Below are positions 48,730-61,698 of a DNA stretch of 64,000 nucleotides, in pieces. The notes under the pieces are model-generated. The model made no database searches and was not told where the DNA came from. It was given only the letters and a program-made list of their open reading frames with translations. The number at the start of each line of letters is the position of its first letter. The stretch's first letter is position 1. The position numbers and the translations under genes were made by a program. Source of the DNA: Pristiophorus japonicus (lineage: Eukaryota); NCBI RefSeq assembly GCF_044704955.1, contig NC_091998.1, positions 11,842,001 to 11,906,000 of the forward strand. Reading direction: 5' to 3'.

Positions 48730-51700
48730 TGTCATGTATGTGACCATCATGCACCGGTAATCTTCATGTAACTGTAACCTTCATGCAACTCCTGTACACT
48801 GTACTTATACCCTAGAAATGCACACCCTGACCACAGGGGATGAATTTGCAGGAGACACTCCTCACCTGGCTTTCCAGGTATAAAAGGGGAGGCCTCACCC
48901 AGGTTCAGCATTCTTTGGTCCTGGGAATAAAGGTTAAGGTCACAGAGCGACTGTGTCTGCAATCCATGTCTTGTGAGAATTTGTAGTACGGTGCAGGGGC
49001 ACCACATTTGGCGACGAGAAACGGGAATCACCGAACCACAAAAATAACCACTGGTAGCACAGAAGAACATTACTGTGTGGGTGAGAACTGGGACGACTTC
49101 ATGGAAAGACTCCAGCAGAGCTTTGTCACGAAGGACTGGCTGGGAGCGACAGCGGCTGACAAGCGGAGGGCGCATCTACTGACCAGCTGCGGACCACAGA
49201 CATATGCACTGATGAAAGACCCGCTCACACCCCAAAAGCCAGCGGACAAGTCCTTTGAAGAGCTCAGCCAGCTGATTAGTGAGCATCTCAAGCCGGCGAG
49301 TAGCGTACGCTTGGCCCGGCACCGGTTCTACACACACCGGCGTCGGGAGGGACAAAACATCTCGACTCTGTAGGTTCACAGACGCCTGCAGGAGGGAGAT
49401 GTTAAGAGATTTCTTCATTGAGGGCATTAATCAGGAAGCTCATAAAGACCAAGGACTTGACTTTAGAAGGGGCGGCGTTGATCGCTCAGACCTTCATGGC
49501 AGGGAAAGAGGAGACCAAGATAATTTACACGAGCAGCCCTGGTCCCAACGTGGCGATGGACCAGGGAGCTAACATGGTGAATGCGGCTCGGGACCCCGCA
49601 GGCAGGCAAGGGCATTTCAAAACCGCCCAGGCAGCAACAGACTTTAGGGTGGGCCTGCAGCAGGGACAATGGAAAGGGGATCGGTAATTCACGCCATCAC
49701 GAGGAACAATGTGTCCTGCAATGGGACCATTAACACCCACCATCAGAGTGCTTAGAAACAACCAATGGGCAATCAGAGAGGAATGCCTGGCAACAGTCCC
49801 TTTGTTAACAACAATCTCAGCTCATGCTGGAGGTGCGGGGGTAGACATACTGTGAAAAGCTGCAGGTTTCAGCAATATACCAGTAGGATTTGTAACGTCA
49901 GTGGACACTTGGCCAGGATGTGCAAAAAGGCTGTCGCGAGGCTAATCTGGGAGACAGAGGAACCAGAGGAAGGGTCTGCAATGCAGAATGATGCCTGGGG
50001 AAAAGCCATGGATGCTGAAGTTCAGCGGGTTCATGTGGCTGACGTCCACAGTTCATACACTAAAACGCCTCCCATGATGATGAAAGTTTTATTGAATGGC
50101 ATCCCGGTGCACATGGAGCTGGATACGGGAGCTAGCCAGTCACTTATGAGTGCCCAACAATTTGAGAGACTATAGCCACACAGAGCTAGCAGGCCCAAAT
50201 TGGAACGCATTGAGACGCAGCTACAGACGTACACCAAAGAGATCATCCCAGTGCTGGGCAGTGCAAACTTGGTGGTAATACATAATGGATTACAGAACCG
50301 GCTGCCACTCTGGATCGTCCCGGGAAATGGTCCCGCGCTCTTGGGGAGGAGTTGGCTAGCTGAGATGAATTGGAAATGGGGGGATGTGCACGCCATTTCA
50401 TCTGTGGAGCGGAGTTCATGCTCACAGGTCCTACAGAAATTCGGTGTCGGAACGTTCAAGGGCACGAAAGTAGTGATACGCATCACTCCGGACGCCAGAC
50501 CAGTGCACCACAAAGCCAGAGCGGTGCCGTATGTGATGCGTGAGAAAATTGAAAGTGAATTGGACAGGCTGCTCAGAGAGGGCATCATTTCGGCCGTTGA
50601 ATTCAGCGACTGGGCAAGTCCCATCATTCCTGTCCTTAAAGCGGATGGCTCGGTCAGGATTTGTGGCGACTACAAAGCCACCATCAGCCGAGTGTCGATG
50701 CAAGACCAATACCTGCTCCCGAGAACGGAGAACCTTTTTGCCACACTGGCAGGTGGCAAGCTGTTCACGAAGTTGGACCTCACTTCGGCCTACATGACTC
50801 AGGAACTGGCTGAAGAATCCAAGCTTCTGATCACCATCACAACGCACAAGAGATTATTTATCTACAACAGGTGTCCGTTTGGCATTCGTTCGGCGGCAGC
50901 CATCTTTCAGAGAAACATGGAAAGCTTGCTCAAATCCATTCCTGGAACAATCGTATTCCAAGACAACATCTTTATAACAGGTCGAGACACCGAGCAACAC
51001 CTCCACAACCTGGAGGAGATGCTACGCCGACTGGACCGAGTAGGCTTGCGGTTGAAAAAGCCCAAGTGTGTGTTTTTGGTCACAGAGGTCGAGTTTTTGG
51101 GCAGGAAGGTTGCTGCAGACGGGATCCGACCCACTGAATCAAAAACGGAGGCGATCCGCCGGGAGCCCAGGCCTGGCAACACGTCGGAGTTGCGATCATT
51201 CCTGGGACTTTTGAACTATTTCGGGAACTTTCTGCCGAACTTAAGCACATTGTTGGAGCCGTTACACATGCTCCTTCGTAAAGGTTGTGAATGGCTTTGG
51301 GGGACTGCCAAGAATGGACTTTCAATAAGGTGAGGAACCTGCTGTGTTCTAACAAACTGTTGACTTTGTATGATCCCTGTAAAAAAACTGGTTTTAACAT
51401 GCGATGCATTATCCTACGGGGTTGGGTGTGTGTTGCAGCAGGGTAATGATGACGGCCAACTCCAACCGGTGGCTTATGCCTCCAGGTCGCTCTCCCAGGC
51501 AGAGCGTGGATATGACATGGTCGAAAAGGAAGCACTCGCTTGTGTTTACGGTGTGAAAAAGATGCACCATTATCTTTTCGGTGGACAGTTCGAGCTAGAA
51601 ACAGACCACAAGCCGTTAACATCCCTGTTGTCCGACAGCAAGGCTGTCAATGCCAATGCGTCAGCTCGCATACAGCGATGGGCCCTCACGCTGGCTGCAT

Positions 51701-53453
51701 ATGACTACACCATACGGCACCGGCCAGGCACCGAAAATTGTGCTGACGCGCTCAGCAGGCTCCCACTGGCCACCACCGAGGGGCCAGCGGAGCAAAACGC
51801 TGAGATGGTCATGGCCATTGAGGCTTTTGACACCGCAGGCTCCCCCATCATAGACTGCCAGATCAAACTCTGGACCAACAGAGACCCCCTCCTATCCATG
51901 GTAAAGAAATGTGTCCTGACTGGGGATTAGGCGCCCGCACACATGCGTGTCCCGAGGAGGTCAGACCGTTTCAGAGACGGATAGATGAGCTCTCCATCCA
52001 AGCCTGCTATGGGGCAGCCAGGTTGTCATACCCCAGAAAGGAAGGGAAACATTCATCAGGGAACTCCACAGCGAGCACCCTGGCATCGTGTTAATGGAGG
52101 CCATTGCCCGGTCACATGTATGGTGGCCGGGGATTGACTCAGACCTGGAACACTGGGTTCGCAGGTGCACGATGTGTGCCCAGCTGGGCAATGCCCCCAG
52201 GGCGGCCCCACTCAGCCCGTGGCCCTGGCTCACCAGGCCATGGTCACGTATTCACGTAGACTATGCGGGCCCGTTCATGGGGAAAATGTTCCTGATCATT
52301 GCCGATGCATACTCGAAATGGATCGAGTGCATCATATTAAACTCGTGCATGGCATCCATCACCGTGGAGAGTCTGCATACGGTTTTCGCGACTCAAGGCT
52401 TGCCGGACATCCTGGTCAGCAACAATGGCCTGTGTTTCACCAACTATGAATTCCAGGAGTTTATTTCGGGCAATGGTATCAAACACGTACGGACAGCACC
52501 ATTCAAGCCGTCTTCCAATGGTCAGGCGGAACGTGCGGTCCAAGTCATAAAGCAGGGCATGCTACGCATCCAAGGACCCTCCCTTCAGTACCGCCTATCA
52601 CGCCTCCTGCTGGCCTACAGGTCCCGCCCGGACTCGCTCATGGGAGTCCCGCCAGCGGAACTCCTCATGAAGCGCACGCTTAAAATGCGGCTGTCCCTCA
52701 TCCACCCAGCCCTGGCAGACATTGTTGAGGGCAAGCGCCAGTCCCAAACCGAGTTCCATGATCGAAACTCAAGGGGGAGGTGTATAGAAATGGATGACCC
52801 GGTATTTGTTCTTAACCATGCTTTGGGACCCAAGTGGCTTGAGGGCACAGGAATTGGCAAAGAAGGAAATAGAGTCATAGTGGTCAGACTAAACAATGGG
52901 CAGATATGCCGCAAACACTTGGACCAAGCAAAGCAAAGGTTCAGCATAGACACGGAGGAACCTGAAGAAGAACATGAGATGTCACCCACACCACTGCCAG
53001 TGGATGAGCAACAAGGACAGCCCTCAGCATGCACAGTCCCTGCGGCCAGCCCGGACAGGCCGGAATCACCTCAATGACAGAGACGCGTGCCAAGGCTCAG
53101 TCACCAGGGCCACAACTGTGGCGCTCCACGAGAGAGCGTCAACCACCTGAAAGACTTAACCTTTGACACAAAAAAACGTAAGGGGGGAGGTGATGTCATG
53201 TATGTAACCATCATGCAATGGTAATCTTCATGCAACTCCCGTACACTGTATTTATAGCCTAGAAATGCACACCCTGACCACAGGGGGTGAACTTGCGGGA
53301 GACACCCCTCACCTGGGTTTCCAGGTATAAAAGGGGAGGTCACACCCAGGGTCAGCACTCCTTGGTCCTGGGAATAAAGGTTAAGGTCACAGAGTGACTG
53401 TGTCTGCAGTACATGCCTCGTGTGAATTTGTAGTAAGATGCAGGGACACCACA
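48730..53453 (+). mobile_element. Full-length decayed Gypsy (Mag-like) LTR retrotransposon
   Basis: LTRs 48730-49006 and 53194-53453 (TG...CA), PBS TGGCGACGAG at 49009-49018, PPT at 53180-53190. Gag knuckles CWRCGGRH..C / C..SGHLARMC, protease LDTGAS, RT, RNase H, integrase HVDYAGP. Multiple stops and frameshifts. Confidence 0.96.
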
Positions 53454-53456
53454 TCG

Positions 53457-53798
53457 AAAAACAACAACTTTTACTTATATAGCGCCTTTAAAGTAGTGAA
53501 ACATCCCAAGGCGCATTACAGGAGTATTATGAGACAAGAAATTTGACACTGAGCCACATAAGGTGAAATTAGCGCAGGTGACTAAAAGCTTGGTCAAAGA
53601 GGTAGGTTTTAAGAAGCGTCTTGAAGGAGGAAAGTAAGGTAGAGAGGCGGAGAGGTTTAGGCAGGGAGTTCCAGAGCTTGGGGCCCAGGCAACAGAAGGC
53701 ACGGCCACCAATGGTTGAGTGATTAAAATCGTGGATGTTCAAGAGGCCAGAATTGGAGAAGCACAGATATCTCGGCGAGTTATGGGGCTGGAGGAGAT
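53457..53798 (-). mobile_element. L2 3' fragment
   Basis: GGRAFCCLGPKLWNSLPKPLR...FKTLLKTYLF on the minus strand. Confidence 0.85.
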
Positions 53799-54520
53799 TC
53801 AATCAATCAATCAATCATAGGTGGTCCCTTGAACGAGGATGACTTGCTTCCATGAATTCACAGGAGTTTCGACAAAGGATCTGATGTTCCAGTCCTGAAC
53901 TCCAATTGAGGGGGTGGAAGATGCCTATGCGTGAATTTTTTTAACGTGTGGTGACCGTTGCACACCAGCCACCACACGGGCTTGACAGAACTAGGCCTTC
54001 ATCCAGTGGCAAGGGTTAACCGGGATGACTGGAGATCTGCTCTGCTGCACAGACCTAGTGCGCACACATATCGCAGTGTGGGCTGGGCCCGTGCTGCCCC
54101 TGGGCCCTCGGCTCTTCTGGGCCCCGTGCCGTCATCTGTCGCACCTCCGCCACGATCTCTCGCCGCTCCTCCGCCATAAACATTCACCGCACCTCCGCCA
54201 CAATATCTCACTGTTCCTCCGCCACAATCTCTCACCGAACCTCTGCCACGATCTCTCGCCGCTCCTCCACCATAAACATTCACTGCATCTTGCCACAAAC
54301 ACTCGACGCTCATCCGCCCCGAACTTCCCACTCCTCTGTACTTGGGCCCCGCCAATGTTTCTGCCCACGCTCCAAAACGGCGACGAGGGTTTTGCTGACG
54401 TCACCCAGTCGCCCGTCTCAAAATCGTCGCACACTTGGAGCAGCTCGCGCTGGAGGTTGAAGTGGTATGCCGCTCCAGTTCTTTTATGGCCCGACCTGTG
54501 GAGTTGTTCTCTCGCCTTCT
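53799..54520 (-). mobile_element. Short non-autonomous retroelement with RTE-like 3' end, (GATT)n tail and internal 18-bp tandem repeats
   Basis: gaggatgacttgcttcc matches the RTE 3' ends in this window. (aatc)n at 53799-53816, ctccgccac repeats at 54140-54300. Confidence 0.55.
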
Positions 54521-54810
54521 AATACCCTGCAAATAAATGGTGGTTACAAACATTGTTATAGAATAGAAATTCAGACCAGACAGTTCTAGATTCTATAGAA
54601 CATTCTGTCCCTCCTAAGCTTGGGGCAAACTCCAGAGCTGCAGGTTGCTGTTCGGGGCTTGAGGCCCACACCAGGTGTATGTGAAGCGGATAATGCGGAG
54701 TGTTGTCTCGCGGGCCGGCGAGCGGGGCCTGGGCCCGCACTGGGTGTGTGTGAAGCCTGCGTCCTCCCCCCCCGGGGTTTATTAACTCTCTCCCTCTGCC
54801 CATCTCTCAC

Positions 54811-54898
54811 CCGCTGCCTCCAGGAGGAGATTACAGAGATAGCATAACTTCAGAGCTGGATCTAGATTTGACTCCAGAATGGAGCAGTTTGAAACCCG
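54811..54898 (-). CDS. Candidate exon of unidentified gene (88 nt, phase 0-1): RVSNCSILESNLDPALKLCYLCNLLLEAA
   Basis: Acceptor cttcctccctcag|CGG, donor GCGG|gtgaga. In frame with the upstream candidate exon across a 97-nt intron. Confidence 0.55.
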
Positions 54899-54995
54899 CT
54901 GAGGGAGGAAGTCTCACATTGTGGTCCACAACTCCTGGTGTCAAACCAGGTTTCAAACGAGTATCAGGTATCGTCTGGGTACTTTATAAACTTAC

Positions 54996-55135
54996 ATAGA
55001 GTCTTTGTAATATTTTGAGGGTGTGGCTCTCCCTCGAACTGTACTGCCGAGGAATAAGCTCGGTGTATGTGTAGATGCTCTCTGCATGGGTCCGAGAATT
55101 CGATTGGGAGCCACATAGTATATCCAGTCTGATGC
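54996..55135 (-). CDS. Candidate exon of unidentified gene (140 nt, phase 1-0): xIRLDILCGSQSNSRTHAESIYTYTELIPRQYSSRESHTLKILQRLY
   Basis: Acceptor gtttattacttcag|GC, donor TAT|gtaagt. Non-repetitive sequence, open frame. Confidence 0.55.
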
Positions 55136-55579
55136 CTGAAGTAATAAACACAACGGGAGAAAGATGTGTTCACGGGTCTTGTGAATGAAAAGCTTTGTAG
55201 GGGGTTGATATCACTGAAAGGCACATAAACTATAACAGTTTCCAACACCCATTCCAAAAATATCTCCTATAAATAACTCTAAGGTTCAACAAATCCGTGC
55301 CATAAGAGTGGTTAAAAAAAGTTAACTAAGTCAAGCACTGACAACTGCAACTAAAAATAAACTCATATTCTGCCAAGGAGAAATCCCTTCTCCCTCCCAC
55401 CCCCTCTCCTACCCAGGGGAGTGATTAACCACGGGACGGATGGGGCTGCAGCCCCAGGCCCACCAAACAACATAGACCCATCAAATAAATGTAGGAAAAA
55501 AATATAAGGCCTCCAAAATAGGCTGTATAGAATAGACAATAAGAGAAGAAAAACAAGACTAAGGACAATAGATTCACTT

Positions 55580-55718
55580 GTTTATACCTATATACACGAA
55601 TGTACCTATATACAGAAGTGCCTATATACACTAATGTACCTATATACAGAAGTACCTATATATACTAATGTACCTATGTACAGAAGTACCTATATACACT
55701 AATGTACCTATATACAGG
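55580..55718 (+). repeat. Tandem repeat GTACCTATATAC(AGAA/ACTAAT), 16+18-bp dimer
   Basis: About 8 subunits visible. Confidence 0.9.
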
Positions 55719-55992
55719 ACAGAATATGTACTAGCCTGTATCATTTCACATGTTATTGAGAGAAATTTGCATATATGTATAGAAATCTAATATTGCAATG
55801 TTGCCAGAACCAGAATATATACCTACTTGATACAGAATTTTTGCTTCCATTATTGAATATACTGGTCTATGTTTTTAGACTCGGAATCATATATGTAATG
55901 TAATGAACATGAACAAACATAACTATAGTCATTTTGCCCCCGGCCCATCAGGCCCTGCTCCTACCCTACCTCTCCTAAAGAGAAAGAAGCAG

Positions 55993-56405
55993 AATGGGCC
56001 TATACGCTCTGGAGTTTAGAAGAATGAGAGGTGATCTAGTTGAAACATACAAGATTCTGAGGGGGATTGACAGGGTAGATGCAGAGAGGTTGTTTCCCCT
56101 GACTGGAGAGTCTAGAACGAGGGGGCACAGTCTCGGGATAAGGGACTGAAATGATGAGGAATTTCTTCACTCAGAGGGTTGTGTATCTTTGGAATTCTCT
56201 ACCCCAGAGGGCTGTGGATGCTCAGTCGTTGAGTATATTCAAGGCTGAGAGCAACAGATTTTTGAACTCTAAGGGAATCAAGGGAAATGGAGATTGGGCT
56301 GGAAAGTGGAGTTGAGGTAGAAGATCAGCCGTGATCGTACCGAATGGTGGAGCAAGCTCGAGGGGCCGTGTGGCCTTCTCCTGCTGCTAATTCTTATGTC
56401 CTTAG
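55993..56405 (+). mobile_element. CR1 3' fragment
   Basis: LEFRRMRGDL, RTRGH, FFTQRVV motifs and 3' UTR. Confidence 0.88.
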
Positions 56406-57285
56406 AACATCTTCAATTGTTTGGTTTATGGGCTGTTTCTCAAATTCTGCCCTGTTGAGCATCCCTGATTATAACTGCTCATCCTTTGGTGGTCGTGCCT
56501 TCAGCTGCCTGGGCTCCAAGCTCTGGAACTCCCTCCCTAAACCTCTCCGCCTCTCTACCTCTCTCTCCTCCTTTAAGATGCTCCTTAAAACCTAACTCTT
56601 AGACTAAGCTTTTTGTTATCTGCCATAATTTCTTCTCATGTGGCTCAGTGTCAAATGTATTTGTTTTGTCTTATAATACTCCTATGAAGCGCCTGGGACG
56701 TTTTACTGCATTAAAGGTGCTATATAAGTGTTGTGTATGCAATAACTGTTAAACTGAGTACTGTTTAACTCCAAGAGGTATGACCTTGGCTCTGCTTTAT
56801 TAAGGCCCAAAGTGACTAATATACAAAATGGCTGGCCTTTTATACTTGGGCTGCACACATGTGCGTGGCCTCCAATAGTGACGCCATCTAGTGGCTAGTG
56901 ATCCCAAAAGTTCATACATGACATAAGAACATAAGAAATAGGAGCCGGAGTAGGCCATACGGCCCCTCGAGCCTGCTCCGCCATTTAATATGACCATGGC
57001 TGATCTGATCATGGACTCAGGTCCACTTCCCCGCCCAGTCCCCATAACCCCTTATTCCCTTATCGGTTGAGAAACTGTCTATCTCTGTCTTAAACTTATT
57101 TAATGTCCCAGCTTCCACAGCTCTCTGAGGCAGTGAATTCCACAGATTTACAACCCTCTGAGAGAAGAAATTCCTCCTCATCTCAGTTTTAAGTGGGCGG
57201 CCCCTTATCCTAAGATCATGCCCTCTAGTTCTATTCTCCCTTATCAATGGAAACATTCTCTCTGCATCCAGCTTGTCAAGCTCCC
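56247..57285 (+). repeat. Direct duplication copy 1 (1039 bp; copy 2 at 61699-62734)
   Basis: Collinear CR1 end, L2 end, solo LTR and inverted CR1 end. Roughly a dozen substitutions and one 3-nt indel. Confidence 0.97.
56729..56923 (-). mobile_element. Gypsy solo LTR (195 bp); duplicate at 62181-62375
   Basis: TGTCATGTATG...CATACACAACA inverted termini, TATAAAA and AATAAA on the minus strand, TAAG on both flanks. Confidence 0.75.
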
Positions 57286-60200
57286 CATTGTCTTTATAGG
57301 TTCAGTCTCTCAGTCGGTCTATGCTCTCATGTGGAGCATCTGAGTTGTGGTTCAGTTGTTTGCCTTGGTGTCTGTTTTACTTTGGGTGTGGTTGCTGGTA
57401 TCTTGCCTGGGCTGTCTGTTTCGATTGGTGTGATTGTTGTTGACTCGCCTGGGCTGTCTGTTGGGATTGCCCTTTCCTCAGGTTGTTACCTCTGTCTGTC
57501 CACCAGGTGAGGTGCGAGTTCCACATTGTAGTCTGCCTCTGGTTCCGCAGTGTTGTTGGTAAATCTGCTTTTGACTTGATCTACCTGCCTCCGGCAGGTT
57601 TTGCCATTGTCCATTTGTACTACCAGTAGCCTGTTTCCTTCCTTGCCCGTTACTGTCCCTGCAAGCCATTTGTGACCCCTGCCATCATTTAGTACAAACA
57701 CTTTGTCCCCTATCTCATTCCATCTCCCCCCTCGAATTTCTGTCATGGTACTCAGTCAGCTTACGGCGCTTTGCCTCAACGATTTTGTGCATGTCTGGGA
57801 GGATTAATGAGAGCCTTGTTTTTAAAGTCCTTTTCATCAACAGTTGCGTGGGGGGGATCCCAGTCAGTGAGTGCGGACGAGATCTGTATGCCAGCAGCAG
57901 TCGTGACAGGTGACCCTGCAGCGTGGGACCTTGGATGTTAAGCATGCCTTGTTTAATGATTTGCACTGCTCTCTCCGCCTGGCCGTTGGAGGTCGGCTTG
58001 AACGGTGCCGTCTTGACGTGATTTATGCCGTGGTCAATCATAAAGTCTTGGAATTCTGTGCTGGTGAAGCACGGACGAATGTCACTGACCAATATGTCAG
58101 GGATTCCGTGTGTTGCAAACATGGTTGCGAGGCTCTCCACAGTGGTGGAGGTTGTGCTCGAGTTTAAAATGGTGCATTTGATCCACTTTGAAAATGCATC
58201 CACAACTACGAGGAACATTTTGCCCATGATTGGGCCCGCATAGTCTACGTGCACCCGCGACCACGGTTTGGTTGGCCAGGACCAGGGGCTCAGTGGAGCC
58301 TCCCTGGGGGCATTGCTGAGTTGGGCACAAATGGTGCACCTTCGGACGCAGAGCTCCAGCTCTGCGTCAATACCAGGCCATCAGACGTGGGATCTGGCTA
58401 TGGCCTTCATGAGAAGGATCCCCGGGTGCTCGCGGTGGAGCTCCCGGACAAATGCCTCTCTGCCTCGCAGAGGCATGACTACTCGGCTGCCCCACATCAG
58501 GCAGTCTGCTTGTAGTGATGCTCATGCATGCACCTGTGAAAGGGTTTTAATTCCTCGGGGCAGGCATCGTGAGCCTCTGCCCAGTCACCGGTTAGGACAC
58601 ATCTTTTCACTAAGGATAACGTGGGGTTGCTGGCCGTCCAGGCTCTGATTTGGCGAGCTGTCATGGGCGAACCTGTGGATTCAAAGTCATTGATTACCAT
58701 GACTATCTCACAGTCCTGTTCATCAGACCCTTCCGTGGTCGCCAGGGGTAGCCTGCTGAGCGCGTCGACACAGTTGTCTGTACCTTATGGTATAGTCGTA
58801 GGACGCCAGCATGAGTGCCCACCGTTGAATTCGCGCCGAGGCGTTGGCGTTTATTGCCTTGCTCTCGGATAGGAGGGATGTGAAGGGCTTGTGGTCAGTT
58901 TCTAACGCGAACTTGGCCCCGAAAAGGTATTGGTGCATCTTTTTGACAACGTACACGCACGTGAGCGCCTCCTTCTCGAACATTCCGTACCCGCGCTCTG
59001 CCCGCGAAAGTGACCTGGAAGCATAAGCTATGGGTTGTAATTTGCCCGCACTATTGACATGTTGCAAAACGTACCCGACCCCATACGCTGATGCATCGCA
59101 TGTGAGAACTAGCTTTTTACCTGGGTCAAAGAAAGTCAAAATACTGTTGGAACACAGAAGGTTGCGTGCCTTATTGAAGGCGCGTTCCTGGGCGTCCCCC
59201 CAAAACCAATCGCACCCCTTCCTGAATAGCACGTGGAGAGGCTCCAGCAGCGTGCTTAAGTTCTGCATAAAGTTCCTAAAGTAATTGAGTAGCCTGAGAA
59301 AGGCGCGCAGTTCTGAGACATTCCGGGTCCTGGGTGCCAGGCGAATTGCTTCTGTTTTGGACTCTGTTGGGCGGATTCCATCAGATGCAATCCTTCTGCC
59401 CAAAAATTCAACCTCGGGAAACAGGCACTTGGATTTCTTGACTCGTAGGCCTACCAATCCAACCGCTTTAGTACTTCCTCCAAATTACGGAGATGGGAGT
59501 CGGTGTCCCTGCCGTGATAAGTATGTCGTCTTGAAATACAACCGTCCCCGGGATGGACTTGAGCAGACTCTCCATGTTGCTGGAATATGGCAGCTGCCGA
59601 CCTGATGCCGAATGGGCATCGATTGTACATGAAAAGGCCTCGATGTGTGTTGATGGTGGTGAGTAGCTTGGATTCCTCGGTCAATTCTTGCATCATATAC
59701 GCAGATGTGAGGTCTAATTTTGAGAAAAGTGTACCTCCAGCCAAAATGGCAAATAAGTCCTCCGCTCTGGGCAGCGCGTACTGGTCCTGTAGGGATACTC
59801 TGTTTATAGTCCCCACAGATTCGTACGGATCTATCAGGCTTCATGACTGGGACAATGGGACTTGCCCAGTCGCTAAATTCCACAGGTGATATAATGCCTT
59901 CCCGCAGAAGCCTGTCTAGTTCGTGTTCAATCTTTTCCCTCATCACATAGGGTACAGCTCTGGCCTTGTGATAGACTGGTCTAGCATCCTGTGTGATGTA
60001 GATTTTGACTTTGGTCCCTTTGAAAGTGCCAACACCTGGCTGAAAGAGATGTTCAAATCGCTTTATAACTGTTGAGCAGGAGGTCCGTTCCTCTAATGAC
60101 ATGGCATGGACATCATCCCATTTCCAGTTTAGTTTTGCCAGCCAGCTTCTCCCCAGCAGTGCTGGGGGGGTCTCCAGGGACAATCCACAGGGGAAGTCGG

Positions 60201-61698
60201 TTCACTGTCCCTTTGTGTGTGACAGAGAGCATGGCGCTGCCAAGGACTGGTACGATTTCTTTGGTATAGTTCCTTAGTGTGGTGTCGACCCTTGTGAGTT
60301 TTGGTCTGTCTCTTTTATGCGGCCACAGTTGTTCAAATTGTTGAGCGCCCATGAGAGATTGACTCGCTCCCGTATCCAGCTCCATGTTGACAGATATCCC
60401 GTTGAGTAGGACCCTCATCATTATAGGAGAGGTCCTGTTGTAGGAGCAGCGGCCATTGATCGTGTTGACCCGCTGTACACCAGTGTCCCGGATACTGTCC
60501 CCACCATCTTCTGGTCCGCTTTCCGACCCATCCGATTCGTATACCAGCCGAGCTGCCGTTTTTTTTGCACATGCGGGCCAAATGCCCTGTATATTCACAG
60601 TTTCTGCAAACAGCCTGCTGAAATCGACATCCCCTTGCCGAGTGTTCCATTGTTCAAAGAGTTTCCAAAGAATGAGCTGCGTCTGGCTGATCTCTCTTGA
60701 GCTTCTCTCAGTTTGTAGTTGATTGCTCACATTGTGGGTTGATGAGGTGTGAACGGCCGTTCCTGTGGCCCTTGATGGCTTCTGCTTGCTGTCGAGAGCC
60801 TGTTCTCCCGGTTTTGTCTGTGTGTGGGGGCAGCAGCTTGTTTAGTGCTGTGAACTTCTTATTCCAATATTTCGTTAGTTGTCGTACCTGCATTGTAAAT
60901 CAACCTCGTTTCTTCTTCCCCTACCAAGAATGTCTGTGCTGCTGCCTCTAAGGTCAGGTTCTTGGTCTCTATGAGCTTTCAGAATATGCCTGCATGGCCT
61001 ATTTCTTCAATGAAAAAGTCTCTCAGCATTTCTCTCCTCAGTTCATCGGAGAACTTACATAAACTATCCAACCTCTGAAGTTCCGCCACGAAGTCGGGTA
61101 TGCTCTGGCCCACACAGCGTCTCTAGTTGTAGAACCTGTGCCTGGCCATGTGTAGGCTGCTCGCTGGCTTCAGGTGGTCTCTTACCAGTGTGCTCAATTC
61201 TTCAAACGACTTGCTTGCTGGTTTCTCGGGTGCCAACAGATCCTTCATTAAAGCATATGTTTTCGAGCCACAGCTGGTCAAGAGTTGGGCTCTTCTCTTG
61301 TCTGCCTTATCGTCGCCTAACCAGTCTTTGGTTACAAAACTTTGCTGGAGCCTTTCTATAAAGTCCTCCCAATTGTCTCCCGCATTGTACTTTTCATCTG
61401 ATCCGTTGTTCGCCATTCTGTGGATTCTGTAATCCCATCCTTGTCGCCACTGTAAAGTCCTGTCCCCTCAGTACAGATTCACACGAGGCATATAGTGAAG
61501 TCAAGGTCACTCTGGACCTGCACCTTTATTTCACAGCTCTGGAATGCTGCACTTGCCTGAGACCTGTCCTTATATACCTGTCTCTTGCAAGTGCACCCCT
61601 GGTGGTAAGGTATGCTGGTGGTTACAGGTCATATCTTATTACAGTCATGTATAGCATGTTAGGATACAGTTATATATAATAATGTAAGATACATGACA
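57281..61698 (-). mobile_element. Decayed Gypsy (Mag-like) element with 5' LTR (61698-61451), tRNA-Ser PBS, gag-pol and PPT, but no 3' LTR
   Basis: PBS TGGCGACAAGGATGGGATT at 61449-61431, gag MANNGSDEKY, LDTGAS, RT, LTCDASAYGVG, HVDYAGP. Ends TAA-AGACAAT-GGGGAG fused to CR1 sequence. Confidence 0.95.

Noticed and set aside
55425-55631. Hydrophobic 68-aa minus ORF
   Set aside because: Starts inside a tandem repeat, reflects T-rich composition, and has no splice support.
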